In this document: one piece after another, positions 38,012 through 53,400 of the stretch
How positions within the stretch are numbered: position 1 is the first letter of the stretch
Layout of the letters: every line of letters starts with the position of its first letter
Source: Toensbergia leucococca
Taxonomy: Eukaryota
Assembly (NCBI GenBank): GCA_022813965.1
Contig: JALDZS010000005.1
Location: forward strand, 1 to 64,000
Reading direction: 5' to 3'
Length of the DNA stretch: 64,000 bases
The notes under the pieces: model-generated
What the model was told of the DNA's origin: nothing
Seen by the model: the letters and a program-made list of their open reading frames with translations, nothing else
The model's database searches: none
Translations under genes and position numbers: made by a program

Positions 38012-38440
38012 GGTCAAGGCCGCTCGTGCATTAGTACCGGAATAAGTCACGGATGCATCAATAAGAAGAAATAAGCCACTCTTACAATAGAGTTGCTTAA
38101 TGGGGTGAAGGTGCGCCTGGGCAGCACATCATGGCCTTGCACGTCTCCAGCGTTGAATCTACAGACCGGAACGGAGGTGGAACACGGGGGTAAATATGGA
38201 GCTTTGACCGATTGTTTTGTAGATGGTGGCTATTCCTCTCTACAGAGCGCAATATGTCCAGTTTGGGTGCATTAAAAAACCTTATAAACAAACTCCGAGA
38301 TCGCTCGCTAAACACCATCAATGCACCCATCATCCATCACCCATTTTGCTCCGCCAAGTCACCGCCTCAACCCCCTCAAAAAACCAAGAAAGCCTCGCAT
38401 GCACATGCCAAAGGGGTCAATGCGAACCGAGTGTGACGCC

Positions 38441-41400
38441 TCAGATCATATTGCCCATGCCCATTTCCATAGTGCTTGGCGCAAAACTCTGCACCGACCG
38501 ATTATCCCTCCCCATATCCATCCTGTCCCCACTCAACACCCTCACCACCTTCTTCTCCCTCGCCGACGGCTTGGCCACCAGCACCTGCGCCGGGCAGACC
38601 ACTATCTCCTCATCGCCCACACCGGCATCATCTCCCTTCTTGACCACTAGCGGGAACAGCACCATGCGCACCACTGCCTGTTGAGCTTCAAGTTGCTCAT
38701 TAGACGTCATATCGCCGCTGCGCTCGTTCATGAGGGACGCGTTGAAGTTGACTTTACGGGCTAGGTCACCATTCGTGTCGTATTCTGGCTGGAGGGGTGG
38801 GAGCATGATAAACTCTGCTCGTTGGGTGCGCATCTCGATGGAAAGATCAACAGACGCACGGATGACATTACGGAGTGATTCTTGGATTTGGTTCTCAAGG
38901 TGAGATGGTGGCGGCAGGAAGACTGCCAACGTGTGGTAGATCTCTTGCACGACGGCCTCGGTATCTTGAGCTCGCTGGGCGAGGAAAGCTTGTCGTTTTG
39001 AGAGTAGGGTCAAAGTTGTTGCACGCCATTTTTGTACAGCGGAAGCTGGGCCGACCTCCCCGAGAGTTTTCTCCAGCGATTTGAGCTTCTGCCGTTGCTC
39101 TCGATCCATGCCAAAAAGGTATCGGGTGAAGATGTACTCCCAAACCATGGTCATGACCACAGACATGAAGACGTCTCGCCTCTTGACTCGGTCGGCGAGG
39201 TAGCTGTCAACGTCCGAGCCGTCGAGGATGGCATTCTCCAATCGGTCCACGATTTTCTCATCATTGACTTCGCTTGCAAGGCGACATACCCTCATATCAG
39301 AGAATTTGGAAAATCTCAAAACCCATTGCTGAACGTGCTGACATAGCTGCTGGCACTGGCTGTCAAAGTAATCTTCGTCTCGGCTGACGATGATATCGTC
39401 GCTATGCCTTGAAGCCAGAATTTGTTGTTGCAATGCTCGGACTTGATCTTTGGCGGCATCCAACTCATTACGTAAATTCAGCAATTCCACGTTCTTCTGC
39501 TCGAGTGCTACGCTAACCTCGTGACGAACAATTTCTTCCATACCGGTGGACAGCTGAGTATGCTGCTGGCGTAAGTCTTGGAGCTCTCTTGTAGAGTGCT
39601 GCCATTGCTGTTGAGTATCAGCATGGTCTGCTTCCAATTGGCTATATCTCAAGTCGTGCTCGGCGTCAACATTCGCTCGAGTGGCATTGAAGCCTTCATT
39701 GACTTCAGTTAGACGAGACACTTCAGCATGTAGACTGTCTAGCATCTGCCGCAGCTCGTTGAGTTCGTCGTCTTTCTGGGTGAGAAACGAGTCACGTGTT
39801 TGGATAGCGTCGGCGTAAGCGCTGGTTTGGTGATTTCGATCACGTGCGACATCTTCCAGGCTCCTCTCGGCCTTTGACTTTGCGTCTTGCAGCAGTCTAT
39901 TCTCCGATAGGAGCTGGTCCAACCGCGTCTCGTAGTCCAAGAGTTGCATGCTTTGCATTTTGCGCATACTTGGCGGTCGCGTGGGCGACCGTGGTGATTC
40001 ATGAACATCACCCCATCCCTCCTGCAAGACTCAGGTTAGCCATCAAGACGACTACGATTCATTATGATCATGATTCATCAGTGACTCGGACTTACATAGA
40101 CGTCGGCCATGTCCCTGACGCGACTCTTGCCTTTGTCTTTAATGGGGTCGTAGGTTGATGATGGTGGAATTGTCGGAGTCGCAATTTCAGTTTCAGCCTC
40201 GCTTGCTGCTTTTACTGAACTCTTCCTATTCGCCGCCCGCAAATCCCCGCTGATACTACGATCAACACGTCGTAAAGGTGGAGTCGCAGAAGATCGGTTG
40301 CTGACTCCACTCACAGAATGCACTCCTTCGGGCGTCCGGATGATGGCATTGATGCTCTCTCCAGAACGAACACTTGCCCCACTGAACGACCGGAGATTCG
40401 CCCCGTCACTTGGCAAGCCCGAAACGTTGCTGTGCCGACTTGAAGGTCGATGGTCTGTGTCTCGGCTCCGACTTCGCTCAAGATTGATAGCATGCTTCTC
40501 TTCGTCCACCGCTGGCCAGGATAGGCGTGCAATGAGGTCGTCCGTAGAGATCAGCCTTTTCCCTTCAGGCCCTGTGACATGTGGCGACCTTACCCGTTGA
40601 TGCAATAGTGCCTGTGGTGTTGCTGAACGCCGAGCTGCCTTGACACCCCGCTCCGGTGACCCGACATCTGATACTGCGCGACCCTTCTTGTGCAAAGGCG
40701 ACTCCTCAGGGCTATACTCTTCAATCGTATTGAGTCTTCCGCCAAAGGGACTTCTGGGAGGAGAAACGACATCGCTGTTGACACCAGTAGGGCCTCCAAA
40801 GATCGATGGCCTTTGTTCTTCGTCCAACTCACTTGACACACTTAGAGCTGCTAGACTCGACGCACGTTCGGCTAGGACAGAATGCTTGTCTGTTGCTGAG
40901 CCATCTCTTGATTGTGATGCTTCGAACGGGTTTCTATTGCCTTCAAAATCTGTCCTATCTGCAGATTGTCCAGTCACGGGTTCATCGTGCCGAGAGCCTG
41001 GAGATTCTGGCTGAAATAAAGCGTCTTCCCTAGTTGAGGGCGAAGACCTGAAAAGTACCGATGATCTCTCCCTCGTTGTAGAATCTATCGGAGAAGGTTG
41101 CCGCGCATCATAAGAAACCAATTCCGGAGACCGAGCATCACCCGAAAGATGCGTCCAGGTCTCGTGCAAAGGCAACTGAACCTTGTCATTGTCTGAACCT
41201 GATGTTGCCCTCCTTCGACCCCGCTTGATGTTCCCCCGCGAGACCGAGACATCGTAGTCTGGATCAACCTCTACTGAGATGTTGAGAGGATCAGCTGCCG
41301 TCATGGAGTGCTGATAGCTTGAAACATGTCGTCTATAGCTATCGGCACTGTGATCTCTGGCTAAGCCATCGACCCCACCCGCAATGTCTCCTTCCATATT

Positions 41401-44400
41401 CGTAGTATGAAATTGAGAATCAGTAGCCGCGACTGGGCTCGCTTCGGTGTCTTGATACCCACTATCACGCACACTCCTGTAAATCGGTAATCTCTCCTGA
41501 AAGAGAGGAGAATCTGCAAAGTGTATTGCGCTATCTCTATTCACATTATCAATGGGACGTAGTGATGGCGATTGAGGATTGAGGCTTTCCGTGTTCTGGG
41601 TCCACTCGGTCACGAGTCCTGCAGGTCTTGACAGAGTACCATGTGAATGCTCTCCAGCTTCGAATCGAGCCTCTTGTTCCAGCCCCTGAGCTTCGGTAAT
41701 GCCTTGGTGAAAGTTTCCATCGCCTGCCGGAAAAGATGCTTGTTCTGTAGCTGAGGATTCTTCCCTCCCGCTTCCTGGTAGTCGATTATCTGTCTTACTT
41801 TCCTTCCTCTTGCTGCCATCGTTCTCCAAGTCTTTTCGTTGTAAGCTTTCAGCTATTACCATGCTGGCATCAAGGCTAGAAGCTCCTGCACTTGCTTGTA
41901 GCTCCCTTGAATTGTGGGCGCCACGCTTTTCACTTGGTGGGCTTGGTAAAGGCGGATTATCAAAGGTATCTAGTGAGTGTGGGGGGGGAGAAGTCGGCTT
42001 GTCAAATGCTCGCATGACCATACGCTCTTGAGGTATTGTTGGAAATGATTGCTTTGGAATTCTGGCCTGCTCTAGATATTGAGGTGATGTGTCCAGATCT
42101 ATTTCCTTACTCAGCTTCTGCGGTTCCTTGTCCATTCTGCTCTGGTTCATGCCTGCATAGCCCTCCCAACTGTCACTAGCTAAGTCTCCGATGTGGACTG
42201 CTTCATTCTCGTAAGGGGAGACCCTAGAAGCTGCCGGCGCACGAGAAGTTTGCTGCTCATTTTCAACTGGAGAGCATGGTTCTTGCGCTTCATTGTCTGC
42301 TGAAACAATTGCCACATCTGCTTTGTCTGTCGGAGTTTCGAATTCAATGGAAGGAGCTTTGATATTTGCAAACTCCGAAGAACTTTCGTGCTGGTCTCTC
42401 TCATGAAGCTTACCAATTTCTGAAGGCGGGTCTTCCCAATGTTCGTCTCTCGACGGGAAGAAGTCCTCGCTGGGATATGCTTCAAGATCTTTTGCCGCAT
42501 TGTTGAATTGTTCTCTTAGAGCTTCACTGCCAGTGTCAAAAGTGTCCTGCTGTCGTCTAAAGTCTGGAGATGAGGGCTGGTACTGCATAGACCGGCCTAA
42601 TTGATTGGGTGGTGCGTTTAGAGGCTCTTCGTACGGCGCTGTAGCAGGCAATCCTGTGTCTATCTCTTGACTCAATAGCCTCGCTTGCAATTCGTCTGGC
42701 TTGCTTTCGGCAAAAGCCTGCTCGTCATGCGAAAATTCTGGATCTGCCGTGGGGAAAAAGCTGCTGATTTCTGACGAAGACACTTGCTGTGCATCTGATA
42801 TCTCTTGAGGGTAAGGCTGTTGAGAGAAGCTCTGACTTGGCGTCGATGTCTCCACACGCCTTGGACTTGCGAGAGTGTCAGCTGTTGCATCTTCGCTATC
42901 TTGCGTCGGCAGCGTTGCTGTGTCATCCTCCCAAATAACAGGTTGCTGTTGCTTTTTTCCTTTCTTCCCCTTTTTCGACTTCTTTGTTGTTGTGAACGAA
43001 GGAAAGTCGTCATCTTTCGGGAAAGAACCGTTGTCCAAAGGCGTAGTATTTACTTTTGCATCCCCGAGAAAAGATTCTTCGGCATTGGGCTGAAAAAACG
43101 GCTTTTTTATCTCCTCTACCGAATGCTCGATTGCATTAGATTGAGCCTCTGCAGGCAACTCGATCCTTTCGGGAGCAGAAACATTGGGCTTAGCATCTCG
43201 TAGCTGAGAGGTGCTTGTCCCTTGTATGAGCGCTTCTTTGTTCTCGGATTGAGATTTGGTAGGCTCCTGTTTGGGTGAGTCGTAAGTGAAAGCAGTTGAT
43301 GCTTGCTCATCTACTGCTTCTGAAATAGTCGTAGACTCAGCGATCATAATCTGCTTCGTCTCTGGTGTGTCAACGATAGGTTCTCGCAAAGCACCTTCAG
43401 ATGATGACCCCGTGATGTCGACGACATCTGGGTCGTTCGATGCTCTGAGCGTACCCTTCCGTTGCTTTTTGCCCTTCTTGCCTTTCTTTACAGGTGTATC
43501 CCAAAGGTTGGCACCCTCGTCAGGCTTGTCACGCTGTTCAGTATCCTCATTCCCGGTATTGTAAAGTTTCCCTGTAGCTTCGGACTCAGCACTAAATATT
43601 TCTTTATCATTCTCACGGATATCAACGCTCTCCAGAAGACTTGTCGAGGCCATTTCAGTCTGTTCTTCTGCGATCGAAACATCCTCGTGTGACGCCCCAG
43701 TAAACAGAAGTGCCGTGGGACTTCCAGCAACGGCAGTAGGTTGGATCAAATCAAGGCTTGGACTTAAAGCTCTCTCTCCATTGGCTTTCTTGGCAGCGAT
43801 GTAGGGTTTGTCTTGCTTGAATTGACCGGGCTCCTGTTCCGAGATATCTTGCCTTGAGAAGCTCTCCGGTGCTGACAAGGTCTCGTTCCTTTGAGAAGAA
43901 ATTCTGGGGAGATATATTGGATCGGACAGTTGCTTGAGCAACAGTCCCCCTCCTTCCTGGGTTGTGCTTGTGGAAGGCGGCCCTGTGGACTCAGCCTCAG
44001 CTAATGATGTTCCTAGAGGCAAGGGACGCTCCTCATGAATTGCCTCTTCAACCCAATTAAACGCTTGTGACTTCTTCGCCTTCCTGTCTTTTTTGTTTCT
44101 TTTCAAGGTCAAAGTAGCACTAGCGTCTGATTCGACAACCCGAGGCTCTTGCGTTGTGGCGTTCTCGGCAGAGTTGCGTGACGATTCTGGGTTCGAGGTG
44201 AAAGTGTCATGCACTGATTCTTCCGCAGGCGTTGCAGGAGTGGAGACAGAAGTGGAAGGAGCTTCATTATCCCAAGCAAATGCTTGAGCCTTTTTCGCCT
44301 TCTTTTTATTTTTCTTGTTTGTCTTAAGGTCAAACGCAGTATCAGGTTCGGGCTGGGTTTCTGCCTGTATCTCTTCCGCAGGCGTTGCTGGAGAAGAAAC

Positions 44401-47400
44401 AGAGGCGGAAGTAGCTTCATCGTCCCAAGCAAAGGCTAGCGCCTTTTTCTTGCTTTTCTTGTTTTTCTTGTTGGTCTTAAGGTCAAAAGCCATATCAGGT
44501 TCAGGCTGGAAGTCTGCTTTTGTCTCTTGTGCGGCAGCAACTGAGTCTTTAGAGATTTGTTGAGTGACACCTGATGGCTCCTCGGATTCCACATCTTGGT
44601 GTATTACAGTAGCAGACTCATCATTTATCACAAGATCCTGTGCGTTTTTAGAGACGTTACTTCGTTTCTTGCCACTGGAAATATTTACAGTATCGGGGTT
44701 CTCTTCAACGTAAGTCTCTATGGGCCCTTCTACAGCCTCCCTTTGCAGCTGTGTAATACCTGGCAATGCATTATCTCCAGGGCTTATGGCACGTGATTGG
44801 ATTACAGGACTAGCAGGTTGCAAATTGTCAAGCTGAATTTCTTCGTTCCTTATAGTTTTCGGGATTTCTTGACCGGGTACTAATTTGTTCGTCATTTTCT
44901 GCGATTCTTGAATTGATTCCGGGAAATCTGTAATCTCGTCTTCTGGTAGTCTGGATTGAATAGCTTTCTCTAGAGTGTTGGCTTCCTGAATCGACGTGTG
45001 AATCGAGCCCCTAGTATCGATAGCCCGAGGTGAGTCCAAGGGTGAATCGTTCACCTTTGCTTCAAATGCAGCTCGTGACTGGGCCTCGTTGTATGCCATT
45101 GGCTGGGCGGTTGTTGCATTGGGCGTTCTATGAGCAATAAAATTATCATGGCTGAGGGAGCTCTCAGGTCCTTGGCTGAAACCTTGCAGATCCTCGGTCT
45201 CATCTGGCCGGGAGTTGGCCACGAAGACATTGGGGTGTATTGGATCTTCTGAAGGCGCTCGGTCGGCCTCTGAAGGGCTCATATTGGCAGATTCGACAGT
45301 GTTCTCATAGTGGTCCGGCGATGTTGATATAGTCTTCCTATTGCTCTCCTCGCTCTCCCGATATTCGCTCTTCATAGGCAATCCGTCAGCTGCCTCCAAC
45401 ACGGGTTCTTCCAGTATTGAGAAAACATTATCTTGAGAAGATGACTCTGGGGTTCCGGAAACTCCTGGAGTCCGGTGTATGAGCTTTTCGTCCGCATCAA
45501 TTATACAGGTTCCTTTTTGAGTTGAAGCATCCGAGTTATTGTCTCTGCTTGGGTTCTCCGAAAAGATTTTTGCCACTAATCGTGGGGTAGATTCAAAGTC
45601 GGGCAAAGGTACGATTGAAGCTGGAACGCCTTCTTGCTCATCTGATATATCTTGGACCTCGCTGGTGGGGTCTGTGGTAGCTTGGGGGTTTTCAGTAATT
45701 GCCTCGTCATTTTCACTCCCTGCAACAGGAGTATTTGGAGACTCTTCGCCTGTCTGCGTCAAATGGTTATTGGCATCTTTCTCTTCCGACGTTTTCCACT
45801 TGTTCTCGGAAATAGTGTGATAAACCCCAGGGTCAAAAGTTTCTTGGCTCAATATTGAGGATTGGACTTCAGAAGAACGGTGCTTGAAAAACGGATCGTG
45901 TAAATCTCCCTCGGTCGTTTTGCTAAATTCTTGCGCTGTGTCCTGACCTGTCAAAGATCGAGGGACTTCGGGTACTACTTCCTCTGGGGCTACTTGGATC
46001 GCCAATGGCTCTTGTGGCTCCAAAGGTTGGTCTTGAGCTTCCGACTTCCTACCTTTTTTCTTTCTTGATTTAGACTCCCCCAAGTCAGCTTCTTCATCTA
46101 GGTTAGTCTCGGAAGCAACTTCGTTGAAGGGCACTCTAGCGTCTGAAATGACCTCAGGCATATCTGCTGTCTGATTTCTGGAATTCTCAATGTCCCTGGG
46201 CTTCGGCGAGTCTGTTGACGACGATTCCAGAGTACTTCTTGGACTAGAACTCTCTGAATTGGACCCCGGCATGAATGTTTTCTGTCTCTTCCCTTTCCTA
46301 CTCGCTTCTTGGACTAAGCCTGCCCATTGGTCCTCCGCGAATGGCTCCCGAGCGACAGAGATATCACCAGTTTCGTTTGATTTCTGTTCTTCTACATCCT
46401 GGCCGACTTGAAGAGGAGCATTTGGTAATAGTGGCATATCAGCCTGCCCAAGCTCTACAGCAAGGCGCGAGCCGGCAGCTTGACCTCGTTTCTTTTTACT
46501 GCCCTTTTTACCTTTCTTGGGATGGGAAGGAAAGAAGTCCTCAGGATCTTCGTTAGGAATTTGCTTATCAGGCGTTTTTCCTGTCTCTCCTAATGGCTGG
46601 TCTGCGTTGAAAGCAGCAATCCCCATCTGTGGTCTAGATTCTTCGGCAGTAGTGTCACTATGCTGAGGCTCAAGGAAAGGGGCTGATGACAATGGAGCTA
46701 AAGCATCGAGGTCCCCACAATTTTCTGGATTGATAGCTAATAAAGGGAGCTCTTGGTCTTGCGTTGATGCTGTGACTTCATCATACATTGGAAGTATGTT
46801 AGAACGCTGAAGGGTTTCGGGTAATTCGATCTCTTCAACTTGATGAACTGGGATTTTGGGTTGGGGAGTCGGGCTTTGTGGCAGTGCGTCGAGGAGATCG
46901 AGATCATCATTAGCAGGTAGTGGCGTTTCTTCCGGTACTACTTGAGGACTAGGGCTTTGAAAGAGAAACTCTGTTGGGCCATTGTCTGATATCTCCATGT
47001 TGTGGTCTGTGAGCTGACGGGAACCTAGCTTAGATGCCTCTACTTCTGATGTGATGTCTACTGGCGGTGAATCCTTTTCTTGAGGAAATCTACTAGGTTG
47101 TAGAGGTGTCGAGTTCGAGAACACCTCTCGGTATACCTGAGGAAGATGTGACAAAGTATCGTCGCCTGGTTGCAGGATCTTATGCGCTTCACTTTCTCCC
47201 GCGGACTTCTCAACAGCGAGAAGCTCTGAATCATCCCGTGGCTTGTCCCTGATTAGAATTTCTTCAGCACTTGTCCTAGACGAAGATCTTTTTCCTAGGT
47301 CTTGTTGGAGAGGTACAGGCTCATTCAGCGTTTCTGAATCTTGCAGAATTCTTGAAGTCTCATCATCCTCTATCAGGATGGGCTCTCCTAGACTTTCCAC

Positions 47401-50400
47401 CACGGAACCCGACACGTTGGCCAGATCTTGATTGCGATTCTGTGAAGAGTGAGTGACCTGGTCTAGCTCTGTGGTGGAGTCATCGATCTTGTGCTCTTCC
47501 TTGTCAATGATTTCACCTATGAGACCTTCGGATCCCAAGTTTTGGCTTGTCTCGGGTTGAACAAAGTGCTTCGTCTTATTTTTACCCTTCTTGGTTTTCT
47601 TCTCTAGAGACGTGAAATCCCCCGGCATCTCTAATTGCTCGATGATGGCTCTATCATTTGGGATTGGCTCATCCACAAGCGCCACAGGACTGGAAGCAGC
47701 GAAACCGATCGAAGTTAAGTCTTGGGTGTCAAGAGCTTTGGAATCTAACGGATCAAGACTGGCAGCTTTCGCCACTGTCTGAGCTGACTCTGCTGTAGGC
47801 AAGTCGGTGGGTTCCAAGGCAGCTTCCGCTAATTTCTTCTTGCCTTTCCTACCCTTCATCTTTTTTGTTTTAGTAGGAAACCCGGTCCATTGATCATCGT
47901 CAGCTAGCGACTTTGCTTCCGAGGTATCTTGGGGCATTAGAGGTGCGTCGTCGATCGCTTCCAGTGCTGAAGCAGCCATCACTTCCACAGCTTGAGCTCG
48001 AGGCATTCCTCTCGTCAAGGTGGTAGGTTCAGGGATTTCTTGTAACATAGTAGATGCAGTGCTTAAAGCTTCTGGCTTAGTTGCATAATCCTGATCCTCA
48101 GTTGTCTCTTCAATAGAACGGGGTGTCTGTGACTCGTGCTTTTCGATAATTTGAGTATCATCTCCAGGTAAAGATTCTCTTTCAACCCTAGAAAGCGGTG
48201 CTGTGCCCATTGATGATGAATGTGATTGATTTACATTGTCTGAAATAATCCTCTTTTTCTTGCCTTTCCTATCCTTAATGCTTTTCTTAGAAGTTGGTAC
48301 AGACCAGGAGTTCATGGCATCTTGAGCGTCTTTTTCTTGCATTTGACGCATTTCTTCAGCACCAAAAGACTCCGTCTCTCTATTAGGTTCATAATGCTGG
48401 ATCTCCATATCCTTGTTCTGAAACACATCATCCTCGAGAAGAGAGCTGCTGGACTCGGGCTGCATTCCCCGCTCCAGATCCTCCCCAGCGTTAGAGATTC
48501 TTGGTTCATTTGACGGTTCAGATGTCACGCGCGATTGAATATTGCTTATTCTTGGCATCAAGTCGCGGTTAGCCTCACTTCTCTCCATGTTTCCACCAAC
48601 TATGGCGTTTTTTGCGGCGGAGAGCGTCGTGAATTCCTCCCCTTCGACTGCCCGAAGTTTGATATCTTTCTCGGAATGCTCCCCTAAAGCATGGGTATGC
48701 AATAAAGTGGCAGTAGTGCCTCCTACCACGAGTCCGGCCAAGGCATCCCTTAGCGTCGATGAATCGTCTTGGTTAGCGTGTTCTTCATATTGCGACGGAG
48801 ATGAAGCTCTACTGAGAGGTAGGGGAGGAAGGTCCTGGGGATGATCGTAATTCTCGTCAGAACGCAAGCCCGAGTGAGCGCTAGGAAATAGTTTATCAAC
48901 TCTGGCGTCCGAGCGCTGTGGCGAACCGTCTCTTTCTTCTTGGCCTCGATCATGCATGTTCTCTTCCAAAGCCACCTTTTCATCATTGACACTAGGTGAT
49001 CGGACTGAAGCTTCCTCAAGAGATCGCTCTAGATGTGATAATGAGTGAAAGGATGCTGCAGTTGGAGTAGGTTGCTGAGAGTCAAGGAGATCTGACTGTG
49101 CAACATCCTGACTAGTGTCAATGGCTAGGCCATAATTCTTGGGGGAAAATGCATCATCTGGATCCTTCAAGTCATCGTCGTCGCGATGTTGGTATAAATC
49201 ATTTTCCTCAGGATCGTGCACAGATGAACTTCGTGATGTCGAATGACTTGAGGGAAGTGAGGGATATGGTTCTTCAAGTGGTGGCTCTTGTCTCGATCCA
49301 TGTTTCTCAACCAGCCATAGAGGACGGAATTCGGTAGAAGACTTGAACTCAGTCGAGTTTGGTCGTCCATGCCTAGACCGTGTGTAAGAAGCACCAGGAC
49401 TTTGTGCAGAGGTTGCAGGCGAAGTAGGGTTATGAGACCGCGTGAAGCCAGGTGAAGCAGGCGGCTTGCGGAAGTGAAAAGGTATTGCAGTAGGCGAAGG
49501 AGCAGCATTGGCAGAGTGGCTGCTATCTGGCGTCTGCCGATCCGAAAGCTGCCGTGCCGTGTCTTCGAAATCATCGGTTGGAGAGGCTAGCCTGCTAGCT
49601 GGTAGAGGAGGGAGATCAGTGGCGGTTTCAGTGGCGACTGGCAGCATTCGCTGACTTTCAGGATGAGTCGGGACGTTGGTTTCTGCATTCATGGAGCCCG
49701 GAGAGACAACAGAAGGAGGTACTGTGATTTCTTCCTTTGACTCGGGAGGTGCTGATATATCATCTATGTCAGGTAATGGCGGTACTCTTGGGCGCGCGTC
49801 TAAAAAAGACATCTGCTTATGCTCGTCGATTGATTGTTGCGTTTCGACATCGTTGGAGTCTGGACCCATCCCTGTCACGTCCCCATCACGTGTTGACTCA
49901 TAATCCTTACATTCGGTCAGCAGCTCATCCGATACAGTGCGAGGAAGACGACCAAGGAAGGCTGATTTATGTACCTTGACCGGTAGGTCTTGGGTGATCC
50001 TACCTGAATCTTGTAACACACTACTTGTAGGATCTCGTCGCTGTGCTTTGTTGTCTTTGACGTCTCGTCTCTTACCACTATCATCATCATTATCGAGTAG
50101 TCCAGGTAAACTAGTGACAGAAGTAGATGCCCGACTGTAGACATCTTCCTTGTCGCGGGACAGCTTTCGATCCTTGGACTTTTTACTCTTCTTCTTTGGC
50201 TCTTCAAAGCCATCAAAGCTTGCTTCCATGGAGGTATCTTTGGATCGTCCTGATTCGGGAAGATTGTCTGTAGACTTGCTGAAAAGACCAAGAAAACCTC
50301 CCTTTCGGTCCTTCTTAGAATTGCTTCTGGAATCTTTGCTGTTCACACGCGCTGGAGCTGATATAACAGAACCCAAGTCGTCAAAATCAGTGCTGCGTCG

Positions 50401-53400
50401 CTTAGATTTCTTTCTTGATTTCTTAGAATCTCCAGGATCACTGAGTGGTTCGGCGTCTCTTACGGCTGATGAAAAATCTTCTGAAGGGGATTGGTACAGA
50501 TCATCGTCATCTGCATATTTCTTAGATTTTGTTCTCTTACCCGAGATACTCCTATCAGTCATGGTCTCTGATCTAATCCTACTGTCAATAGACTTGGAAT
50601 CTCCACTATCTCGCATAGAAGCCCGACTTTGTGATTCAGTGCTTGAGGTCGGCGTCCTTGTGCTTCGCACTTCTGAGGGCCGAACAACCTCGAATGAAGC
50701 ATCGTAGACCGTACTGTCTTGTTTTGGTTTTCTCGATTTCAAATTTTTGGAGACTTGTTGGTCGTCAAAAGCAGGATCTGGCATACTGATTTTAGATGGA
50801 TCATCGAAAGCTTCATCGATAACTTCGGGCAGTTGCTTTGTAGTTGCTACGTCCTCCCGATCATTCTTTTGGTCTCCTGACTTTGTGACGTTTTTGGCTG
50901 TTTCGAAAGCTTCGTAGTATTCGTCTCTCTCGGTCTCCTGGGAAAGCGAGGGATGCACTCCATTATCCACAGACGCCGCGTTATCTCTCTCAACAGTCTC
51001 ATAATCCGAGGATTTTTGGCTTGGTTGTTGGTCACCAACGTAGTTGATGACGCTGCTATTTGCTTGGATCACGGGCTCTGCATCTGCTAAGTATTCTCGA
51101 GGTTCTTGACTAATCTCACTATTGTCGGTTTGAGTAATGTTGCCATCCAAATCGGTTGATATATTCTCAAGAGTCTGGCGCTCAAAAGTCTTGTCCTTCT
51201 TCTTCCTGTTAGTCTTGCTAAGCTTAGCTGGAGCCTCTTCTTCGTAGCTACCAGGAATAGTACGTTGATAATCATCGCTCGGCGTTTGCGGCAATTCGCC
51301 TTCAACGGAGTCCTGCTGAGGAGGAGCCACTTCTGTTCCAAGTGACTCCAGACTGAGACTCGCCACGGTCTTCGCAAACGGGCTTCGGTAAATGCCAGCT
51401 TGCTCTGAGCCAGGCGGCGAGTCTCGTCGTCTAAAGGCAGAGTCATCAATAACAATTGAAGGGTCAAACCCTGTGTCCTCAAGCCCAGCTGCCAAAGTTG
51501 CCGCAAACTCAAGGTCGTCGCCAAACTTGGGCTGCGCTTGGCCCTGACTTCTGCTTTCGTTAATGGGGGACTCATTCTGGGTGCTTTTGCTGGCTTCAAT
51601 TGAAGTGAGCGGCACTACTTCTCTCTCATCACCTTCCTCAGAAAATGATTCGATAAATGGTGCGGGGGCATCCTCTGGAGCAATAATTGTATGTTCGTGC
51701 GTTTCGGAATCTCCCCATGAGACCTTTGAGCCTGAATTAGGTCCAGGAGATTCTTCGCCGTGTGTTACGACAATGTCATCAGGTCGAATGATAGGTGAGC
51801 TATCTCCTTTCATGGATCCGGCTATACTATGAGGTGGAGTCGGCTCGATAAGGTTTAGCCTTGGGACTTGCCAGGGCAGTGACAAACGGTGCACAATCTC
51901 ATCATTGGCAGAATCGAGTAAAAATGCAGGCGGATAGGGGGAATTACGGAACTCGGAAGGTTCAATGGTCACGATTTTTGGAGTTTGGTACGACGTGATG
52001 TCATTGTCGCCATTTGGTCCGATGATCTGTCTCTGCTCGCCGGACTTAGACAGTATCTCAGGCGGAACAAAATAAGCAGCGTAATCCTCGTGGCTTGGGC
52101 TTGGTGTCTTTCTGACCTTGGCTGCTGCTTGTCGGACGATTCGAGCTTGTCGTTCCGCTAAATCGTATGTATCGGGAATCTCTTCAGGTGATGCTTTGCC
52201 CTCGGTACTGGTGTCGTTCTCATTCGAGTAATTGGATTTTGTTCGTCTTTCTTCACGCCGTCCAACGCGCTTTGCATTGGGGATCGAGCTTTCCTCAGCC
52301 CCAATGATCGAAGCACCTACAGCAGCTCCAACGACTGTAACAGTAATGGGTGCAGCCCATGAATTTTCGGATCCTTCTCTCAGTTCAGGATCTCGGCGGT
52401 AAGCTGACCCTTCTAGCCTGATGTTAGTCTCGTGGCTCTTTATCTGGGAAGCTGCCTTCCTACCTGGAACACCTCTGGATGTCCGACGTTCCATCTCTAA
52501 TCGAGCTTGCTCTTCAGCTTCACGACGCCGATTTTGGTCCTGTCTATTTTCTTCGTCTTTCCTCTGACGGTGACTCTCGCGACGATCTCTATCCGCTTGC
52601 TCCTTGGTGAGGTCGAAACTAATAGTGGAAGCTTCCTCCCGAGTGGACGCTCGGCGACGTTGACTCGTTGAACTCAAGTCAAAACCAGCAACAAATTGGG
52701 CTGGGGACGAGTCTCGTCTATGGATCTCTGAGTCTCTTACCAAATCTTTAGGTCTTGCATCGAGAATAAATTCCGGTCGAGGAAAGGCTCCAGGAATGCT
52801 TGGTTGCGCACTATCAACAAAATCGTTAGGCCGGGTATGAACAGGTGGATGTTGGGATCGGTAAGAGTCTTGGGCAAAAACAGGAGGTCCACTAGGTGCG
52901 CTGTAAGAATGAATATGAGGCGTCTGAGTAGTATAGACAGCAGGCGAGACTGACGATACTGGCTGAGGTTGTTGTATGGGAATTGGACCTGGTCTAGAGA
53001 CCATGATTGGCAGACTGGGGGATGCCACTGAGCTCTGCATTGTTGCCTCAAAACGAGAAGGATCTGATGTAGGCACAGGGAAAACATGTTGGAGAGGAAT
53101 ACTGCTAGAACTGCTCATTCTCATGGCTTGGTGTCGTTCATCAGCTATAATAGATGTTGTGCCTAAGACGATAGGAGTGCTGCTTTCATTTAGGTGATCC
53201 GATGTCCGAGTAACATCCCGTTTCTTCTTCTGATTTCCCCAGCGCCAGCCCCACTTGCCCATACCGGAAGATTCAGAGATCAGTGAATCTTGGCTCTTCC
53301 TTGCTAGCCTTCCGTACGCAAGCCCAGAATGAACACTCGAGGAGTCGTCTCCTGAAGCAGACTCCCAAAGGTCTTCCTCTAAACTTGATGTAGAAGATCC

